NCBI GenBank assembly: GCA_010093995.1
Contig: ML992504.1
Location: 1,454,885-1,491,294 of the forward strand
Length of the DNA stretch: 36,410 nt
Origin: Elsinoe ampelina
Lineage: Eukaryota
Direction: 5' to 3'
Of this stretch, positions 34,909 through 36,410 are shown piece after piece. The notes under the pieces are model-generated. The model did not search any database, was not told where the DNA came from, and worked only from the letters and a program-made list of their open reading frames with translations. The translations under genes and the position numbers were made by a program. Numbering within the stretch: position 1 is the stretch's first letter; each line of letters opens with the position of its first letter.

Positions 34909-35397
34909 ATGCCTCTCTGGCTCGTCTACCACCCACCCGGCACCTTCGAAGACGAAGCATCCAAGGAAGCATTCAGTGCCGACGTCGTACGCAAGATTTA
35001 CCACTGCGCAGTCGGCCTCCCGAAATTCTACGTGGTAGTCAATTTCATCAAAGTGCCCCGCGACTGCACATACGTCGGAGGCAAGAAGATCGCGGACGAT
35101 GCCCCACCTTTCATCCGCATAGTCATCGACCACATCGCGAACAAGATCGACAATGTCGAGGAGCAGTACAGAGATGTTTGCTACGCCATCTCGGCCATCG
35201 CGAAGCCTCATATCATCGACAAAGGGTGGAATTGGGAGTTTCATGTGGATGAGACGGAGAGGAGGATGTGGATGGTGAATGGGTATTTCCCGCCGCCGTT
35301 TGGGAGTGAGCAGGAGAAGCTGTGGGAGAGGGAGAATAAGACTGTGCCTTATGAGGGGATGACTCCGCGGTTTGTGGATCTGAAGTCGAATCTGTAG
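34909..35397 (+). CDS. Tautomerase superfamily protein (putative oxalocrotonate tautomerase, Tautomerase_3-type)
   Basis: N-terminal Pro after Met (MPLWLVYHPPGTF), GLPKFYVVVNF, PFIRIVIDHIA and WEFHVDETERRMWMVNG..PPPFGSEQEKLW. Confidence 0.88.
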   Translation: MPLWLVYHPPGTFEDEASKEAFSADVVRKIYHCAVGLPKFYVVVNFIKVPRDCTYVGGKKIADDAPPFIRIVIDHIANKIDNVEEQYRDVCYAISAIAKPHIIDKGWNWEFHVDETERRMWMVNGYFPPPFGSEQEKLWERENKTVPYEGMTPRFVDLKSNL

Positions 35398-35799
35398 ATC
35401 GTGGTAGTCACCATTCGATTGAGCAGGGCTGAAGAGTTGGCGAGTCATCGTAAGTGAGAATGGTATGCATCAATCTTTCTTCCAGGCGTCCCATCGTGAC
35501 TGTATGTGGGTTGAAGTAGTGCTTCAGGCCCTGAGCTGTCGATGCTCGACAAGGTGGATGTTGGTCAGTGAAGGGAGGTATCACCACTTGAGGTGGTGCT
35601 TCGCCTGCCAAGATTTGATCACGTGGTGTCTTCTGGCGCAGACGATCATTGGCTATCCATTTTTATTAAACGCACAGAGACTCCGGCTTACAGCTGTTTC
35701 GGATTCAAGCCGGCCACCCCAGCCTTGGCGCGGAACCAAAAAAAGGTCTCACGACTTTTTGCGGGGGGGGGGGGGCCCGGGGGAGAATTTGCCACCCGC

Positions 35800-36410
35800 T
35801 TTTATATTGACAATAACGTACTAATTATACGTAGTATATAGAAGATCTATATATCGTTCGATTCGTCTTAAAGAGCTCTATCTAGTAGTATAGAGTTCAG
35901 AGCAAGAAACGTTATATCTAGCTAAGTAGGTTTACTAGTAAAACTCTGTCATTTTCCCCTACCTAGCTCTTTACTTACTATATAGAGGTTTATAGTATAT
36001 ATAGCCTATATAGAAGGCTAGTTTAGAAGCTATACTTAGAGCGCGTACTAGCTATATAGCCTAATATAGCTTATAAATAGTCCTAAAGGTGTTAGAAGAG
36101 TAAATACTAGGATTTACCCCTCTTAGGCTAGTATAGGAGCTATAGAATAGTTAAAGATATATAGAATATATATATAGGTAGCTAATAAGTAGTACTAGAA
36201 GCGCGTATAGGCTATAGCTTAGTAAAAGCTTAGTTTAAATACTTATAATAATATAGAATTTACTAGTAAAATATACTATTTTAAAAGAGCTTCTACTAAG
36301 CTAAAGCCTATACGCGCTTCTAGTACTACTTATTAGCTACCTATATATATATTCTATATATCTCTAACTACTCTATAGCTTATATACTAGCCTAAGAGGG
36401 GTAAATTCTA
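35800..36410. mobile_element. AT-rich, RIP-like mutated repeat or transposon relic, continuing past the window end
   Basis: Abrupt drop in GC, strong TpA enrichment (tata, ctag, tagt), near absence of CpA/TpG, and no ORF in the track. Confidence 0.7.
36108..36410. repeat. Long inverted repeat: 123-bp arms (36108-36230 and 36288-36410) with a 57-nt spacer
   Basis: Manual alignment of the left arm with the reverse complement of the right arm gives 116/123 identity. The right arm is cut by the window edge. Confidence 0.9.

Noticed and set aside
1..36410. tRNA, rRNA, CRISPR array or secondary-metabolite cluster
   Set aside because: No cloverleaf, rRNA-like sequence or spaced direct repeats were seen by eye. 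There is no PKS, NRPS or terpene synthase backbone, and the small enzymes are interspersed with housekeeping genes.

Overview
Eukaryotic DNA from a filamentous ascomycete. It is gene-dense, with short 45-55 nt spliceosomal introns carrying CTRAC/CTRAY branch sites, and it ends in a RIP-like AT-rich repeat. About 16 protein-coding genes were reconstructed by hand: a SnoaL-like protein, a DUF1330-like protein ending in SKL, a C2H2 transcription factor, a degenerate 2OG-Fe(II) oxygenase-like gene, a high-affinity cAMP phosphodiesterase, a class II sirtuin head-to-head with a SelW/Rdx-type CxxC protein, a muconate-cycloisomerase-type lactonase, COX5, a G3BP/Nxt3-like NTF2-RRM protein, a GRE2-like reductase, a tautomerase and several hypotheticals. 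The standout is the C2H2 gene (6964-9235). Its reading frame is interrupted by one in-frame TGA (8750-8752) that no credible intron removes. The stop lies in a CAR-YYA readthrough context (TGA CAA TCA), is followed after 8 nt by a perfect 8-bp GC stem, and is then followed by 160 more open, protein-like codons, so it is a candidate programmed stop-codon readthrough. The same gene also has two in-phase alternative 5' splice donors and a single uORF. Family assignments come from motif recognition only; no searches were run.
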